Shown here: positions 63,365 through 64,000 of the stretch, piece after piece
Layout of the letters: every line of letters begins with the position of its first letter
How positions within the stretch are numbered: the stretch's first letter is position 1
From: Neoechinorhynchus agilis
Lineage: Eukaryota > Animalia > Acanthocephala
Reading direction: 5' to 3'
Assembly (NCBI GenBank): GCA_051530055.1
Contig: CM121341.1
Span: 4,504,784 to 4,568,783, forward strand
Length of the DNA: 64,000 nt
Notes under the pieces: generated by a model
What the model was told of the DNA's origin: nothing
Database searches by the model: none
The model's input: only the letters and a program-made list of their open reading frames with translations
Translations under genes and position numbers: made by a program

Positions 63365-63512
63365 ATCCGCTGAGGAGATAAATTCTATGCGGTGATCGTG
63401 GTTACTCGAGAAGCGCTTTAGAAAGAAAATTCAAATATTTGACGAATGGGACTTGTGTAAGACAAAATGAAAAAATTCAAATTGAAACCACAACCTAGTC
63501 TGGCTGCCTTGA

Positions 63513-63998
63513 TCACCGTCCTATGAGATCAATCGATGCTGCGAGCACATAGGTCATGACTTGTTCAAAAGCATTCGGATAACACAATAACCAACGTCCG
63601 ACAACGATCACAATAATAATCAACTGCTCTCCAACACTCGGGTCAGAGAAAAGTGTTCGTATAGATTCACAGAAATTATTTCTAGCCTCCTGAATGTTGA
63701 AACCGGACTCCAGTGGCGTAACGCGTTCATTTAAAATTTGGATACCAACAAATCTACTTATTTCTGTACAGAATTCCGCCCATCCTTGATAATTTTCTCT
63801 GTAGTTCTCCAACGATTTTCCCAATTCAACCTGTGAACGTTGGGCAGCAATTATATCGTTCCTCATCGTCCATAGTGGAATTACCATCGAAGTAATGAAG
63901 ATTAAAGTTGGTCCAGCAACCCAGTACATTTCTATCCACTCATTCAATTGGCCTCCGACCATCCGCACGCCAACATCATTGACAGAGTTAAAGATCAA
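63513..63998 (-). CDS. Uncharacterised ORF running off the window edge
   Basis: At least 161 aa open, with TM-like stretches; may belong to the same gene as 62834-63364. Confidence 0.4.
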   Translation of the reverse strand: MIFNSVNDVGVRMVGGQLNEWIEMYWVAGPTLIFITSMVIPLWTMRNDIIAAQRSQVELGKSLENYRENYQGWAEFCTEISRFVGIQILNERVTPLESGFNIQEARNNFCESIRTLFSDPSVGEQLIIIVIVVGRWLLCYPNAFEQVMTYVLAASIDLIGR

Positions 63999-64000
63999 AT

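Overview
AT-rich animal-like genomic DNA (LSM11, an IGF2BP-like KH gene and TMEM87 point to a metazoan; I cannot name the species). Host genes: mRNA capping enzyme, SNIP1-like FHA, LSM11-like, NHE/SLC9A exchanger, IGF2BP-like, WD40, TIM50, calpain, TMEM87 and Rab7. Some have about 40-60 nt introns and others are intronless. Between them lie at least seven CRE-clade non-LTR retrotransposon pieces, two or three decayed APE-type LINEs and several unrelated tandem arrays. Two things stand out. (1) A decayed endogenous picorna-like virus (helicase, 3C-like protease, RdRp) at about 13.7-19.8 kb. (2) A dispersed ~390-bp repeat combining a tRNA-derived A/B-box with all three hammerhead-ribozyme core strands in a non-standard order; it shows terminal redundancy and repeatedly forms inverted pairs, one inserted into the virus with a 12-bp TSD. 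A separate 161-bp hairpin insertion carrying a minimal hammerhead-like motif interrupts a LINE RT. No searches or folding programs were run; all calls come from reading motifs. Scattered homopolymer indels suggest some frameshifts may be assembly errors.
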